A stretch of 64,000 nt of DNA from Lama glama (Eukaryota): contig CM052817.1 of assembly GCA_028534125.1 (NCBI GenBank), positions 107,820,001 to 107,884,000 of the forward strand. Reading direction: 5' to 3'. The notes beneath the pieces are model-generated. The model saw only the letters and a program-made list of their open reading frames with translations. It did no database searches and was not told the origin of the DNA. Positions within the stretch are counted from its first letter, which is position 1. Each line of letters opens with the position of its first letter. Below are positions 62,831 through 64,000 of the stretch, one piece after another. A program made the translations under genes and the position numbers.

Positions 62831-62999
62831 GGAAGAGCAGCATGTGTTCATTTAATTGCTGTGTAGGGGGTAGAACTGACCAGAGCAGGGAATACATTGA
62901 GTGTGACTTGTTGAGGGGTGGGGACTACTAAGGGTGACCCAGGTTTGGTTCAGAGGAAGATGCTTATAATCTTACATAACTGAGGTTGAGATGGATCTG

Positions 63000-64000
63000 A
63001 ACTTCCAAAGAGAGGCGACATCTTCCCACACTGACAAAGGCCTTTCTGCCCTCCTGGCTGGCTCTGAGAAGAGATGGAGTAGCCCAGGGCACGGTGCGAC
63101 TCTCTCCCTGTGTCTCCCCATTTGTGATCTCAGGTCCCACCCGGCTTTACAGGCTGATGACTCTCAAACGAGCACTGCCTTCCTGATCACTCCACTGATC
63201 TTTAGACGTGCATGCCTGCTGCCTACCTGATATTCTAAGTGAATGCGTAATATGCACTTCCTATTTAATACGGGGCACAATACAGTTCTTGATGACTGCC
63301 ACCCGCCAAATTCCCCCAGGCAACATTTCCCCAGGCACTCGTACTCAAAACCTGGGACTCATTCCTGATTCCTTCTGTTTCTTAATCTATATCCAAGTTA
63401 TTAGCAAGACATTTCACTGTTCAAAAGTAGATTCAGTGTCTGTTCATTTTCCTATGTCTTCTCTGAGACTTCCCAGTTCCAAGAAACATCAGTTCTTAAC
63501 TGAACCATCAACTCAGCCTCCTACCTGAAGGTCTAGATTTCCTTAATGTATATATCCTGTTCTTCAGCAAGCAGGCAAGTGGGATGTTGTCAAAACAAAC
63601 CTAATCACAGACATTTGCGGGGACTGGACCTTCAACTTCCTTCAGTTTCCATCACACACTCAGAGCGAGTTCCCATCCCTGCATACCTTACCTACGCCTC
63701 CCCTCTCCTTCAGCTTTCTGTTTCTCAGCACATCAAGTTCGTTGCTCCCTTAAGGCCATGGTACTTGCTGACTCCTTTACCTGGAATGCTTTGCCTCCTT
63801 TTCCTTCCTTGGTCAGCACCCAGTTATCATGGAAGGCTCAGCTAGGGGTGGTCTTTTCTGATGGTCACTAGCCTGATAGAGTTACTGTGCCATAATCGTG
63901 TGTTGCGTTCTTTACGTCCTAGCACTTAGACTATAAAACCATCATATTTATGCACTTGCTTATTTTTTTACTCTCTTCTCACATGAACATGGGATAGCTG
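63000..64000 (+). mobile_element. L2 LINE 3' region (degraded)
   Basis: aggctgatgactctcaaa; caaaacctgggactcattcctgattcctt; cctggaatgctttgcctcc. Confidence 0.65.

Noticed and set aside
1..64000. CRISPR arrays, operons, prokaryotic or viral coding systems, NUMT, internal ERV genes
   Set aside because: No regularly spaced repeats, no long ORFs, and no gag/pol/env or mitochondrial-like sequence seen; the window is repeat-rich mammalian non-coding DNA.

Overview
64 kb of AT-rich, repeat-dense mammalian DNA, most likely camelid (alpaca/llama/camel): it carries nine copies of a tRNA-derived SINE that I recognise as the Tylopoda Vic-1 type, plus artiodactyl-type L1 3' ends. I found no intact protein-coding gene, rRNA, true tRNA or CRISPR array. 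The ORF track is almost all noise, apart from decayed L1 endonuclease remnants. The window reads as intergenic DNA or a large intron filled with L1, L2, MIR, MLT, five solo ERV1-type LTRs, a Tigger1 deletion derivative, MER3 and microsatellites. The most informative non-routine observations are: (1) a 5'-truncated processed pseudogene of RPAP3 (58564-58890, minus) nested in an old L1 and missed by the ORF track; (2) a cluster of RFX X-box motifs at about 47.5-47.8 kb; (3) an orphan CpG islet with ETS/SP1 motifs at about 40.9-41.2 kb; (4) an inverted SINE pair sharing a perfect 36-nt block; (5) several small retrotransposition or template-switch scars. I cannot support a claim of a new biological system here. 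Family names come from recall of consensus sequences, not from a search, and repeat boundaries are approximate unless a target-site duplication (TSD) is quoted.
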